From contig NC_073394.1 in assembly GCF_028641065.1 (NCBI RefSeq), forward strand, positions 14,012,001 to 14,076,000: a DNA stretch of 64,000 bases, written 5' to 3'. Positions 11,181 to 24,420 of the stretch are shown here, piece after piece. This DNA comes from Leucoraja erinacea (lineage: Eukaryota). Under the pieces are notes generated by a model, which saw nothing but the letters and a program-made list of their open reading frames with translations, made no database searches and was not told the DNA's origin. The translations under genes were made by a program, and so were the position numbers. Each line of letters begins with the position of its first letter. Within the stretch, counting starts at the first letter, position 1.

Positions 11181-13202
11181 AGGTAGCGGCTCAACACTCT
11201 GTGCTCCTGTGCTGCCCAGGAGAATGAAGATGCTGGAATCTTGAGCATCAGTCTGATGAAGGGTCCCAATCTGAAACATTGTCTATCCCTTTCCTTTCAT
11301 AGATACTGCATTTTTTAGGTAACCGCTAACAACCCTCCACCTCCCCCCACCTTTCTCCCCCTTTCTTTCCCAACCCTTTGGGACATCCCTTTGGTAAAGC
11401 AGCCTTGCCCACAAGTCCTCAATCTTATTTTCTATATATTGGACAGGGACGTGAGAGGTCGTAGCCCCCTGTGCTTCAGTCTTACTTGCAGGCCACCCTA
11501 TCTACCACGTTTCTGGGCACAATGGAGGGTTTCCCTGGTGCTTCCTGGCACTATAGTCACTGTAAGTGCGATCCTCCATGAGGTCAGGATTTCCCTCCCT
11601 TCGGAGATTCCCTTACAGTCAGTAGATTGCAATAGCACTAATCCACTTAAATGGACTAGCAGCTTGTCGGTTACAGCACTGATTTGTGCTCTTTCTTTTA
11701 TCTGTAGAAGTTCAGTACTTTAATTTGATCCTGTCCTGTTGTGCTGCTTGCAATCATGCCGCCAATGTGCGGTGCATTTGTTTTAAATGTCAGTTGACAT
11801 TCCATGTTCCATTCCTTTAACTTCCCTCACATCCTAGATGTTTGGTGAATCTTAGCAATTATTCAACGCTCTATTGCCAAACGAGGAACAAAAGAATCCA
11901 GAGAAATATTTGATATGACAACCTCCCCCATTTAATCACCTCTTCTTCCCCAAACCTACCATTCCATAACTCACCTAGATTCTTGTTTTCAACTAGCACA
12001 TCCCTTTGCTCTTAGTGAATGTACCCAATAAAGCCATTTAATCTTTCAGCTGGTACTATGACCAGTCTATCCTCACAGAATGCTGTTGCCCATCAAGCGC
12101 AACTGTCTAATATAAAATAAGTCATCCTACCAGCAAATTTCACACACATTCATTTCCAATATAGATTGTTATATATATCCCACTCCAAAATAGCAAATCC
12201 CCCACAGTATAAATATAGCCATGTTGCAAAAGATGATCAGGCCCTTTGGTAACATCACTGGTCAAGCTTTCTGGCTGCAGTTTCTGAGGCATCTCTCCAC
12301 TGTATACTAAACTTAGCACATGAATCAGCACCCATATAGAAATTCTAGTGCTTCACCCATGGATGTTAGTTTACTAATGGAAGCTGCCATCTAGCTTGAC
12401 AGTTGCAGACAGGCTTACACGTCATTGACTTATTTTTTAGATAACATTAATTATATTTTCTCCATTATGTTCAGCTCCTTTAGCTGTTTCCTGAATGCAA
12501 AGCTTTTAAATTGAATTAATCGCTTTTCTTCAGAATTACTGCTTTCAAACTAGACATCATGTTTGTTGAATTGAGTCCCATATAATATGATAATCTGTGG
12601 CAGTGACTATGTCAAAAACTATTCATGCCTTCCAGAACCCAATCTATGACTAATGTCCAACTCACAGCTTTAGAAAGAACGGATGCAAAGTATAGCATTC
12701 TAATGAGTATGAACATTTCCCAATTTTAATTGTGCTGTCATATATTTTCTAACACAATGACGGAATTAGACTTTGTTGGCATTATTTAGCAGATGAGCTT
12801 TTAATTGAAAAATAATTATTCTTTCAAACTGATAGCTGATCAATCTAATTGATAATTCTACCAATTTCTAAATAGGTATATCTAACAATTCTTCAAGAAT
12901 ACTATTAATTACATGCTAAATGTTTGTATGCTTTATTTTCTATTGGGATTTATTGAGTGGGTGCAATTCTACATTTGTTTTCTATCTTTAGTTGACACCA
13001 GGATGTTCAAACCATTAAATACACTGTGACTCAACTAGTGATGGCTGAGTGCACTAACCTTTCCCTTTAATGCCAGCTGGAAGAGAGTATTCAACAACTT
13101 TTTGTAGGAGCCCCATCTAAAGCTTTCACATAAGATTAATTAAAAAAAACACATTATTGTTTGCATAACACTTTGCACAAACAGAGTTATTTCAGGTCTT
13201 TA

Positions 13203-13436
13203 TAGAAACATAGAAACATAGAAAATAGGTGCAGGAGTAGGCCATTCGGCCCTTCGAGCCTGCACCGCCATTCAATATGACCATGGCTGATCATCCAACT
13301 CAGTATCCTGTTCCTGCCTTCTCTCCATACCCCCTGATCCCTTTAGCCACAAGGGCCACACCTAACTCCCTCTTAAATATAGCCAATGAACTGGCCTCAA
13401 CTACCTTCTGCGGCAGAGAATTCCAGAGATTCACCA
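13203..13436 (-). mobile_element. Young CR1 LINE 3' fragment
   Basis: Near-identical to 4876-5129; tagaaaca repeats. Confidence 0.92.
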
Positions 13437-14636
13437 TATAAGCTGTGATGTGGTTTTGAAATGTTAGAACAGAAATTTCACCGATAATATTGAATTACTA
13501 CCATCGGCCAGTTAATGTATATTTATGTAACGTTTGTTATAAGCTAATTATAGGTCAAGATGTTAGAGAAATCTCCTCTGCATTTTTTTGAAATAGTGGC
13601 TTGAGATATTTTGTTTGAGAGGATAGATGATCTTGGTAATAACTAAAAACTAGGATCATGTAAAACCATACAATTAGCAGAACACAAAGGAGTTTATTCA
13701 GCCCACTGAGATCATGCTGATCTGTTAGGCCAGTATCTTTAATAATGCAGCTTCTCTCAGTACTGCAGTGGAACATTATCCTATATTTTTTTTGTGATAT
13801 CAACTTAGCTTCTCAACCACTGAGAGTGAAACTTTAGTAGTGATACAAACTAGGCCTTATTGAATTTGGTGGTCTAATCTGTTTAAAGTTAGCATTTCCA
13901 GGAATGGTGAAAACTCACACTGAGTTCATTGCATCATAAAAAAAAACAAAAAAAACAGAAAGACATCTTTCAAAAGAAAAACAGCTATCCAGTCTAATTG
14001 CACTTTCCAGCACCCGGGCAGTGGCCTATAGTCCGCTATACTTCAAGCACACACCTAATTATGTTTTAAATGTGATGAGTTCTTCATTCCTCAATCACCC
14101 TTTGTGGTTGAGCACCAGATTCTGTGGCCTCCATAAAAAGTATTTTCCTCATTTCCCCTCGAATCTCTTCACCAATTATTTTACAATTATTTGCCTAGAT
14201 TTGAACGATGCTGCAAAGCGATAAAGGTCTTCTATCTATTTAAAGCTCCACTTAATTTTATACAACTTAATTAAGTCTCATCTCTATTTTCCCTATTTCA
14301 AAAAAAATAAACTTGGCTTATCTCATCTCTCTTCATCGTTACAATTTTCCACTCCTGGCAATATCGTCATCAATCTATTCGTCATCTGATTCTGTGCTTC
14401 ACATCCCCCCTGACTCATGGTGACTGGAACTGTATGCACAACTCAAACAGATGTCCGATTAATATTGCAGTTTTTTTTCAGCAGAAGAGCACAGTCTCAC
14501 GTAAAACTGCAGTTGCAAAAATTGGGAATGTAATCAGCTACAGATGAAGGAGATTGAATTGATATCCTGGAGGACGCTTTTTTTTTACTTCAATCATTTT
14601 CATTTGCCAACCAATAAGTTTATTTTGATATATCAG

Positions 14637-15676
14637 TAGCAATGTTACAAAATTTTGAGATTTAAAAAATCAAGTCTGCAATTTACCCAATCAGATAAAG
14701 CATAACAATAAGTTTAATTTGACACCTAATTCACTTTCATATCTCAAGTAATAAAAAAGTTATGGCCATTTTCATACTCGGAAATTAGCATCTTGTTCCC
14801 TATTGATTTTCTATGGACATAACAAAAAAGCTGTGATCGTGGACAGTCAAAAGCCCATAACCTTCTTAAAAATTAAGAGAACTGAATGAAATTTTCAGTT
14901 ATCATAGATTGAAGCATTCTGAAACAAATATAAAATAATCTTACTTGGATGACCTGAAATTAAAGCATATAATTAGTTAGTTACCCAATTGTAGCTAATT
15001 TCAAACTTCAATTACTAGATCTAAACATCTATCCATTTCTTAATAAATTATTAACATTTTTAAATAGCCCAAGTGTCCAAATAATATTCACAAATAATTC
15101 ACAATAAAACATGATTTTTAAATCTCATTTACATCAATTTATAGGCCAAATGGAAGGAATTTAGTGTTCAATTGCTGTAAATTAAAGTCAATTTAAATCA
15201 GCTTTCTAGTGGGTTCCTGTGAACGCGCTGGTTTAGAACATTCACATTGCGCTGGATTTGTGCCCTCAAGTGCCCAGAAAAATACTGCGGGATATAAAGA
15301 GCCCAAAATGAACTACTCGCTATAGAAAACTTTTTATACAGGGTTATTTACAAGCCCCATTTAATGTAAAAATAAGGTACATACCTTTAATTGTTTGCTT
15401 TATAAAACCCTGGGGCTGCGAGAGGTTGCGGATTGAGAGAGTGATTTTTTAAACTACTATAACTATTATACAAGGCCATGAAATCTAATAATACCTTTTG
15501 CGACGGGGTCTTTCAGCGATTTTCCGTTAATGATTTACTAGGCTGAACATTTTCGATTGCAACAGCCTAGTAAAAATTGCGTTTTAAACCCGCCCCCTCT
15601 AAACAGTGGCAAAATCACACACACGGGGTGGGGCAGATGCTCAGCCACGATTCAGGTAGGTTTTGTAACATACCTA
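14637..15676. mobile_element. Non-autonomous TIR DNA transposon (hAT-like TAG termini, 7-bp TSD)
   Basis: TIR tagcaatgttacaaaa vs ttttgtaacataccta (14/16); TSD atatcag at 14630-14636 and 15677-15683; partial second copy at 18678-18809. Confidence 0.8.
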
Positions 15677-16747
15677 ATATCAGCAGTGAAATTCTGTTCT
15701 TTTATGAGGTAAAGTGAATAGGAAGGGATTAAAATGGCAATGTTTATAAACATTTAGACAGGTTCATGGATGAGATAGGTTTATTGGGATAGGGGCCAAA
15801 CATAGGCAGGTGGGATGAGTTCGGCGCACACACACACACACTCACACATACATACAAGATATATATATTTGAAAATTGATCCCGACCCAAAACGTCACCT
15901 ATCCCTGTTCTCGAGATATGCTGCCTGACATGAGTTACTCCAACACTTTGTGTCTTCTTTTGTAAACCAGCATCTGCAGTTCCTTATTTTTTTATGATTA
16001 TACAATGATTATTATTCGCACATGAAAATAATAATTTGTTAATTTTTCAACTTTTTATGTACATGTCAGAGAAAGCAGAAAGAAACCAGTATCAGGGAAA
16101 ACTGATAGTAATGCTGTAATTCCAAAATGTTGAATTGAATTTTGCAATCCAAAGAAACATAGGTTAAATTATATGTAGACACAAAATGCTGGACTCGTGG
16201 GACTGATGAGTCTGAAGAAGGGTCTCAACCCGAAACATCACCCATTCCTTCTCTCCAGAGATGCTGCCTGTCCCGCTGAGTTACTCCAGCATTTTGTGTC
16301 TACCTCAGATTTAAATCAGCATCTGCAGTTCTTTCCTACACAATTGTTTAATTATGTTCTAGTTTTAATTGTTTACTGATGTTTGTCAATGCAACGAAAC
16401 AGAACAGTACACTTAAAAACTTTTTTTCTTGTTTATTTTACAATTCAAAAGAGACAGAGCAGCAATATATTGTTATTATGGTTCAATGATAAATGGCAGT
16501 AAGTCCAACGCTAACTCTTCCACACACAGCACCCATCGCTCACAGAAACATCAGCACAATAAATTGAATAAAATATACAGTGGCAGAAAAGGGCAAAAGT
16601 CCTTACTGCTACCCTTGGAGAAAAAAATCAATCCTACGTTGATTGAGTTTTCTCTGCAAACAGGTTCAAATTGCTTACAAATGAGGTTATTGTTGTTACC
16701 CTTAAACTCCCAGCTCTGCAACATGTCCTTTTTTTTTAAGAGAGTTT

Positions 16748-16990
16748 GAGTGTAGTTCATTGTCAAGTGTAGGAGGTACAGTGAAAAGCTTTTGTTGCAT
16801 GCCAACCGGCCATCGGAAAGACAATGCATGATTGCAATCGAGCCATCACCACTGTACGGAAACATGATAAAGGGAATAACATGAATAATGTTTAGTGCAA
16901 GTAAAGTTTGACAAAAGATAATCCGAGGCTCTCCAATGAGGTAGATCGTAGTTCAGGACTGCTCTCTAGTTGTTGGTAGGATGGTTCGGT
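16748..16990 (-). mobile_element. L2/Rex1-type LINE 3' fragment
   Basis: Minus strand reads aaagcttttcactgtacctcctacacttgacaatgaac, resembling a LINE 3' stem-loop and tail. Confidence 0.55.
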
Positions 16991-17138
16991 GGGCAACAAT
17001 AATTATACCATTTAAAGAGTACACTGCTCAAATAAAAATCTGTATCTTTTGGATTGAAGTGAGAAAACCTGAGAAGAAGGTTTCAAAGTTTGATGAGATG
17101 AGACAGGTGTGAATAAAAAAACATGAAGCAGATACACA

Positions 17139-17346
17139 CAAAGATAGACCCAAAAAGCTGGAGTAACTCAGCGGGACAGTCAGTATCTCTGGACATAAGG
17201 AATGGGTGACGTTTTAGGGCGAGGCCTTCTCGACCCGAAACATCACCCATTCCTTCTCTCCAGAGATGCTGCCTGTCCCGCTGAGGTACTCCAGCTTTTT
17301 GGGTCTATCTTCAGTTTAAACCAGTATCTGCAGTTCCTTCCTACAC
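17139..17346. mobile_element. Palindromic (inverted dimer) PLE-derived element, 13-bp TSD
   Basis: Arms ~17141-17213 and ~17236-17311 are reverse complements; TSD aagcagatacaca at 17126-17138 and 17347-17359. Confidence 0.85.
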
Positions 17347-17727
17347 AAGCAGATACACATGTATTCTAGCTCAATGATTTTTACATAAATCATCCAATAT
17401 TCAGTCTCTGGCTTAACAGATATATGTACAGTCAGTCAGGGAGCTAGGTTGTCGAGCATGCAACACAAGCATTTCCTTCATAGCTTACCAAGTCTCTATT
17501 CATGGGCTCAATGTATAACTTATTCTTTGTTTCCTACATAGCTCTAGGGGCCAGAATTAACTTCAGGAACAGTGTGTTTTCCTGATTGACAAATTATTTT
17601 GCATAATTTGCTACAATTTAACTGGAGAATAATACATTTGCTGTGTGCTTGAAATATTGAAAGAACGACACATTTGTACCATGCAATTCATCGTATCCCG
17701 ATGCCCAAAGAGATTCATAGGTAATGG

Positions 17728-17855
17728 TAGGTAGACAAAAATCCTGGAGAAACTCAGCGGGTGAGGCAGCATCCATGGAGCGAAGGAATAGGCGACGTTT
17801 CGGGTCGAGCCTTCTTCAGACTGATGTGTCTAGCATTTTTTTCATATTCCTTTGC
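17728..17855 (-). mobile_element. PLE-derived short element, 14-bp TSD
   Basis: TSD ttcataggtaatgg at 17714-17727 and 17856-17869. Confidence 0.8.
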
Positions 17856-18252
17856 TTCATAGGTAATGGAGTACCTTTGAAAATCAGTCCGTTTTAATGT
17901 AAGATATTAGTTAATGATACCACAGTTTATACGAATTAGAATTCTTTGTCCTCATCACATTTCTAAGGTTATTACTACACCAAAGAAAATGTCAGGGAAT
18001 TGCACTTGGTTTGGATTTTAATATCCATTTCCAAAAACACCAATCCTTCAGCTCAGGTCATCTATCTTCTGCGTAACCTGACAGATGGCAATAAATTACG
18101 TTGTCATTTATGAGGAGAGATCATAACAAGTTGAACTGATGGACTTGAATCAGTAACAAAATGCCACCGTTTGCAGAGGGAGCATAATTTCCAATCTGTA
18201 TCCGGAAGCTTTTTCTTGGAGGCAAAGTCACTTGTACCTGTGAAATTAAAAT

Positions 18253-18950
18253 CATAATTATCATAATCATACTTTATTAGCCAAGCATGTTTTGCAACAT
18301 ACGAGGAATTTGATTTGCCATTCAGTCATATCAATAAAAAACAACAAAACACACAAAATACATTTTTAACATGAACAGCCACCACAGCAACTCCTTCACA
18401 CTCCTCACTGTGATGGACGGCAAAAAACAAAGTTCAATCTCTTCCCTTCTTTGTTCTCCCGTGGTCGGAGGGCCTCGAGCTTTCCGTTAACGGGACGATT
18501 TTGGCTCCCGTAGCCGGCGGTCGGGACCTCCGCATTGGGGCGATCAAACTCCCGTATCGGGGGGATCTCAGCTCCCCCATGCAGGGCGTTTGGAGCCCGG
18601 GTCGGGGCTGGTCAAACCTTCTGCGAGTTTGGAGCCTCCCAACATCAGTCTCTACCCGAGACTGCGAATTCTTCAATTAGCAATGTTACAACATTTTGAG
18701 ATTTATAAAATCAAGTCTTTAATTTATCCCATCAGATAAAGCATAAAAATAAGTTTAATTTGACACCTAATTCACTTTCATATCTTCAGTATTAAGAAAG
18801 TTATGGCCAATAGATTGATTAAAAAGTCCCCCCCCCCACCACCCCCCCAACATAAAACAAACCAGAGAATAAGAAACCAAAATAAGAAAAAAGACGAAAA
18901 GACAGACAGACCGTTGGCGAGACTGCCATCGCCGACGTCGCCACCCGGTG
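18253..18950 (-). mobile_element. CpG-rich non-autonomous retroposon with L2/Rex1-type tail, interrupted by DNA transposon end
   Basis: (atgatt)n tail and aataaa at 18253-18280; GC-rich head followed by T-rich then G-rich tract like the element at 57870; interior 18678-18809 matches 14637-14770. Confidence 0.6.
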
Positions 18951-19594
18951 GAATTGTGCATTGTTCCTTCGCTGATGTTGTCACCTAAACTATTCCAGAT
19001 TAAAACATAGTATTGTACATGAAAAACATGTTGCAGATGGCAGTCACGTACTAAAGTTTTCAATAAATGCACCTTGATTAATTCTTAACAAGTTGCCAAA
19101 CTCATTATATCTTGAAATTCGCTAACAGCTTGAGACGGTTATTGGTTATATATCAGCAAGACAAATTGGAATTTGTGGGTTGCCAGGTCATAGTTCAAAT
19201 TTTATAGCTAAAGTTATTAAATCACATGAGCTATCATAGCAACATTTGGTTATGTGGCACCAGTTACTTGGGCATGATAGGTATCAGAATGTGGCAACCG
19301 GCTCGTGTGCGTTAATAATGAGTGAAAATCATTCTATAGGCCTTTACCAGTCGATTCTGCTCACTGTTGCCGAGCTTTAAATTAAAGAATCACTACTTGC
19401 AAAAGACTGACACTTCTAACTATCGGGGAGGCAAGCCTGTCAGAGCATCCCAACCAGTTACTCTCCTCTGAACCAAGTACCTTTAACTACCTGCTCCAGT
19501 AACCTCTGGGAATGAAGATGTTCATGGCAACATGGATTCTTCTTTTCTCCTATAAATTCCACCTACAAATGACGCTTACAACTTGCAGATTTGA

Positions 19595-19790
19595 AAGTTG
19601 ATCAGCCTTTGTAAATTGCCCCTAGTATGTAGGGAGTTGATGCAAAAGTGAGATGAAAGCAGGTGATCAATGGTTGGCGTGGACTCTGTGGGTCAAAAGA
19701 GTCTGGTCCCATGCCGTGTTTCCAAGCCAAGCCAAGTCAAGCCAAGCCAAGCCAAGCCAAGCCCAGTCAAGCCAAGCCAAGCCAAGCTAA
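19595..19790 (+). mobile_element. V-SINE 3' half with (GCCAA)n tail
   Basis: tgtaaattgcccctagt...ggcgtggactctgtgggtcaaaag followed by ~13 gccaa/gtcaa units. Confidence 0.7.
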
Positions 19791-20335
19791 ATTGCAGCTG
19801 CAACATATGGTTTGTCCTGAAATCTCCATTAAATCTTTTTAAAGATGCCTGAAGGATTCTAATCATTAATTATGTCAATTTTTCAGATGTCCCCAAAGTA
19901 AAACTAATCAAATATATGATTTCACCTTTGGCTTTTTGCTTTGTTGCATGGTTTGTATTATCAGAGCATTCCAAATGGCTGTAGAAGACGTTGGTCATGC
20001 ACAGTGACAGGGTTAATGTAATCCCATATTTTTCATTAAACTCATGCAAATTCCAAGTACAAATTAAATTAGATGACATTGCGGCTGGAAAGTTATACTG
20101 TTGGAGGCATAATTAAATATCAAGGTTTCGGTGAAAGCCTGTAATGATTTTGTACATTTTGGAGCAACATCCAAATGTGATTTTTAGGGTGAAGGGGAAA
20201 GAGAAACAAGAATGCAGGGGCAAGATGGAGACTTTATACTGGGAATGCAATGCTTCAAGTCCCTTCCCTCCCCTGTGCCCCACTCACTACATCCCCCCCC
20301 CCCCCCCCCCCCGTCTTACACCTTCCTTTGTTTCT

Positions 20336-22576
20336 TATAACCATATAACATATAACAATTACAGCACGAAAACAGGCCATCTCGGCCCTACAAGTCCGTG
20401 CCAAACAATTATTGTCCCCTAGTCCCATCTACCTGCACTCAAACCATAACCCTCCATTCCTTTCCCATCCATATACCTATCCAATTTATTTTTAAATGAT
20501 ACCAATGAACCTGCCTCCACCACTTCCACTGGAAGCTCATTCCACACAGCTACCACTCTCTGAGTAAATAAGTTCCCCCTCATGTTACCCCTAAACTTCT
20601 GTCCCTTAATTCTGAAGTCATGTCCTCTTGTTTGAATCTTCCCTACTCTCAATGGGAAAAGCTTGTCCACGTCAACTCTGTCTATCCATCTCATCATTTT
20701 AAAGACCTCTATCAAGTCCTCCCTTAACCTTCTGCGCTCCAGAGAATAAAGACCTAACTTATTCAACCTTTCTCTGTAACTCAGTTGCTGAAACCCAGGC
20801 ACCATTCTAGTAAATCACCTCTGCACTATCTCTATTTTGTTGACATCCTTCCTATAATTGGGCGACCAAAATTGTACACCATACTCCAGAATTGGTCTCA
20901 CCAATGCCTTGTACAATTTTAACATTACATCCCAACTTCTATACTCAATGCTCTGATTTATAAAGGCTAGCATACCAAAAGCTTTATTTACCACCCTATC
21001 TACATGAGATTCCACCTTCAGGGAACTATGCACAGTTATTCCTAGATCCCTCTGTTCAACTGCATTCCCCAATTCACTACCATTTACCATGTACGTCCTA
21101 TTTTGATTTGTCCTGCCAAGATGTAGCACCTCACACTTATCAGCATTAAACTGCATCTGCCATCTTTCAGCCCATTCTTCCAAATGGCCTAAATCTCTCT
21201 GTAGACTTTGGAAATCAACTTCATTATCCACAACACCACCTATCTTAGTATCATCTGCATACTTACTAATCCAATTTACCACACCTTCATCCAGATCATT
21301 GATGTACATGACAAACAACAGTGGACCCAACACAGATCCCTGAGGCACCCACTAGTCACCTGCCTCCAACCTGACAAACAGCCATCCACCATTACTCTCT
21401 GGCGTCTCCCATTCAGCCACTGTTGAATCCATCTTGCTACTCCTGCATTTATACCCAACAATTGAACCTTCTTAACCAACCTTCCATGAGGAACCTTGTC
21501 AAAGGCCTTACTAAAGTCCATATAGACAACATCCACTGTTTTACCCTCATCAATTTCCCTAGTAACCTCTTCAAAAAATTCAAGAAGATTAGTCAAACAT
21601 GACCTTCCAGGCACAAATCCATGTTGACTGTTCCTAATCAGACCCTGTTTATCCAGATGCTTATATATATTATCTCTAAGTATCTTTTCCATTAATTTGC
21701 CCACCACTGAAGTCAAACTAACAGGCCTATAATTGCTAGGTTTACTCTTAGAACCCTTTTTAAACAATGGAACAACATGCGCAGTACGCCAATCCTCGGG
21801 CACTATTCCCGTTTCTAATGACATTTGAAATATTTCTGTCATAGCCCCTGCTATTTCTACACTAACTTCCCTCAATGTCCTAGGGAATATCCTGTCAGGA
21901 CCTGGAGACTTATCCACTTTTATATTTTTCAAAAGTGTCAGTACTTCTTTTTCTTTGAATCTCATAGTATCCATACTCCTCTACTTGTTTCCCTTACCTC
22001 ACATAATTCAATATCCTTCTCCTTGGTAAATACCGAAGAAAAGAAATTGTTCAATATCTTCCCCCATCTCTTTTGGCTCTGCAGATAGTTGTCCATTCTG
22101 TCTCTCTAATAGACCATTATTATCCCTAGTTATCATTTTGCTATTAATATAGCTGTAGAAACCCTTTGGATTTACTTTCACCTTACTTGGCAAAGCAACC
22201 TCATATCTTCTTTTAGCTTTTCTAATTTATTTCTTAAGATTCTTTTTACATTCTTTATACTCCTCAAGCACCTCATTCACTCCATGCTGCCTATAATTAT
22301 TGTAGATCTCTCTCTTTTTCCGAACCGTGTCCAATTTCCCTTGAAAACCATGGCTCTTTCCAATTTTTACTATTTCCTTTCAACCGAACAGGGACATAAA
22401 GATTCTGTACTCTTAAATTTTCCCCTTTAAATGTCCTCCATTTCTCTTCTACATCCTTCCCATAAAACAAAATGTCCCAATTCACTCCTTTTAAATCCTT
22501 TCGCATCTCATCAATGCTAGCCCTTCTCCAATCAAAAATCTCAACCCTAGGACCAGTTCTGACCCTCTCCGTAATT
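20336..22576 (-). mobile_element. 5'-truncated CR1 LINE with frameshifted ORF2 (RT)
   Basis: ORFs 20419-22506: KSPGPD, NYRPVSLTSVVGK, YMDFSKAFDKVPH, PQGSVLGP, YADD, QRDLG, LEYGVQFWSP; tail ttatatg repeats. Confidence 0.95.
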
Positions 22577-22762
22577 GAGGGACACTTTCCCTACTTATTT
22601 GCACATTACCACCAGACACTTCTATTAGAATCAACAGTGCATAATGTCATCCACCTGGGGGACAACCAGTTTGTGGATAACCCCGTAAAACAGCAAATGA
22701 GACCCTATGCGTCAGGCGTGAGCCTGAAAATCAATGATAAGGTGACTCAATAGATCAATGGT

Positions 22763-22894
22763 TGTATAGGAGGGAACTGCAGATGCTAGTTTAAACCGAG
22801 GATAGACACAAAAAGCTGGAGTAAGTCAGTGGGTCAGGCAGCATCTCTGGAGAAAAGGAATAGGCGACGTTTCGGGTCGAGACCCTTCTTCAGA
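22763..22894 (-). mobile_element. PLE-derived short element with intact hammerhead-like core
   Basis: 22866-22893 reverse complement = ctgaagaagggtctcgacccgaaacgtc. Confidence 0.85.
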
Positions 22895-23720
22895 TATGGC
22901 CATTCTGCGCACAGCTGGTTAATGATTCTCATAAGGATTTGTTTCCAGGTGACTTTGCTGGAGATAGAACCTCAGTCTTTTCAGCTGAAAGTAATGTCCC
23001 TTTCCATAACAGCAAGCACAGCTTCTCATTGATGGCATCCCATTGATTGCTGAGAGTCTCTCCAGGGGCCCACATGGAGTCTGAAATATAAAAATTATTT
23101 TGCCTAGCAATTGGCACCAAGTGTGCTTTGTGCTCGTGACTGCTTGTTTTGCTCAGTGTCTAAGATTCACTTCTGTTCATGCCTAGTTCTAGAAAGCAGA
23201 GATGAATTTCAATGCAATCCATTTTTGTACCAATTACGATAATTACTCTAATTTCTTATTGCATCTTCTTAACCATATGCCTCATATGTTAGTAAAGAGG
23301 ATTAGTGGGTGATTGTAGTCATCTAAATAATTGCTGCCAATACTACTTTGAGACCATCTGGAGCGGCAAGAATAAGCTGGAAAGCTTGTTGCTTCTCCTT
23401 ACTATCTCTTTTCGGTCACGTCATAGAGTCATCCAGCACGGAAATAAGCCCTTTGGTCTAATTTGCACATACCAACCAAAATATCTAGTCCCACCTGCTC
23501 ATGTTTGGCCCATATCCCTCTGAATCTTTCCTATCCATGTATCTGTCCAAATGCATTTTAAATGTCGTTATTGTACCTGCTTCAACTTCCTCTCACAAAA
23601 TATATGCAGGTTTCATGGATTTGGATCAATGAAAAGAGAAAGAAAAATTTGAAGAGGACAAACAACTACATTTAACATAGCAACATATGGGAAAATTATG
23701 AATAAAGAAACAAATCTTAC

Positions 23721-23858
23721 GCATCTCTGCACATTCGAGATTCCTGTTTGCGATGGCGGATCTTGAGAACTTGAGAGTCCTGTCACCAGCGCACCACAGT
23801 CAAGACTCTCTTTCTCCTCAAAGAAGATTTTTCCATACAGCTCGGTCAAAGCATGCAC
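23721..23858 (-). CDS. Candidate 138-nt symmetric coding exon of unknown host gene
   Basis: cttattttattataatAG acceptor, GTAAGA donor, only one open frame: VHALTELYGKIFFEEKESLDCGALVTGLSSSQDPPSQTGISNVQRC. Confidence 0.35.
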
Positions 23859-24204
23859 CTATTATAATAAAATAAGCTTGCGTTTCCAGCCTAATCCTAG
23901 AACAACAGCTGACTATGTTTCAAAACAAGCTAACCTCCTTAGTGTCAAAATAACATGTGCTAATTGTGATATCAAATGCGACATGATCTTCTTTGGGATG
24001 TGGGAGGAAACCAGAAAACCTGGTGGTCACAGAGAAAACATGAAATGTCCCATGTAGATAGGACAGGGAAAGGGAAGTGTTAGAGATGCATTATGTGAAG
24101 CTGGGAGCAGGATGGAAAAGTGATGCCTCTTTTGATTTGTGCATAAGTGCAAGGAACAGCACCAATGCAGTCATCAATGTGCTGGAGAAAGAGTCGAGGG
24201 AGTC

Positions 24205-24420
24205 CAATCCTACACACCAGGGATACAATTTTACCGATGGCAATTAATCTACAAATCTGTACACCTGTGGAATGTGGGAGGAAACCAGATCACCTGAAGG
24301 GAACCCACAGTCACAAGGAGAATGTACAAACTCCATACAGACAGCACCCGTAGTCAGGATTGAACCTGGGTCTCTAGCACTGTAAGGCAGCTACTCTACT
24401 GCTGCGCCACTGTGCCGTCC
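24205..24420 (-). mobile_element. V-SINE (HE1-like)
   Basis: Head ggcacagtggcgcagcagtagag and V domain on minus strand. Confidence 0.85.

Noticed and set aside
18100-18238. Minus-strand exon candidate
   Set aside because: Acceptor abuts a retroposon tail and the peptide looks random
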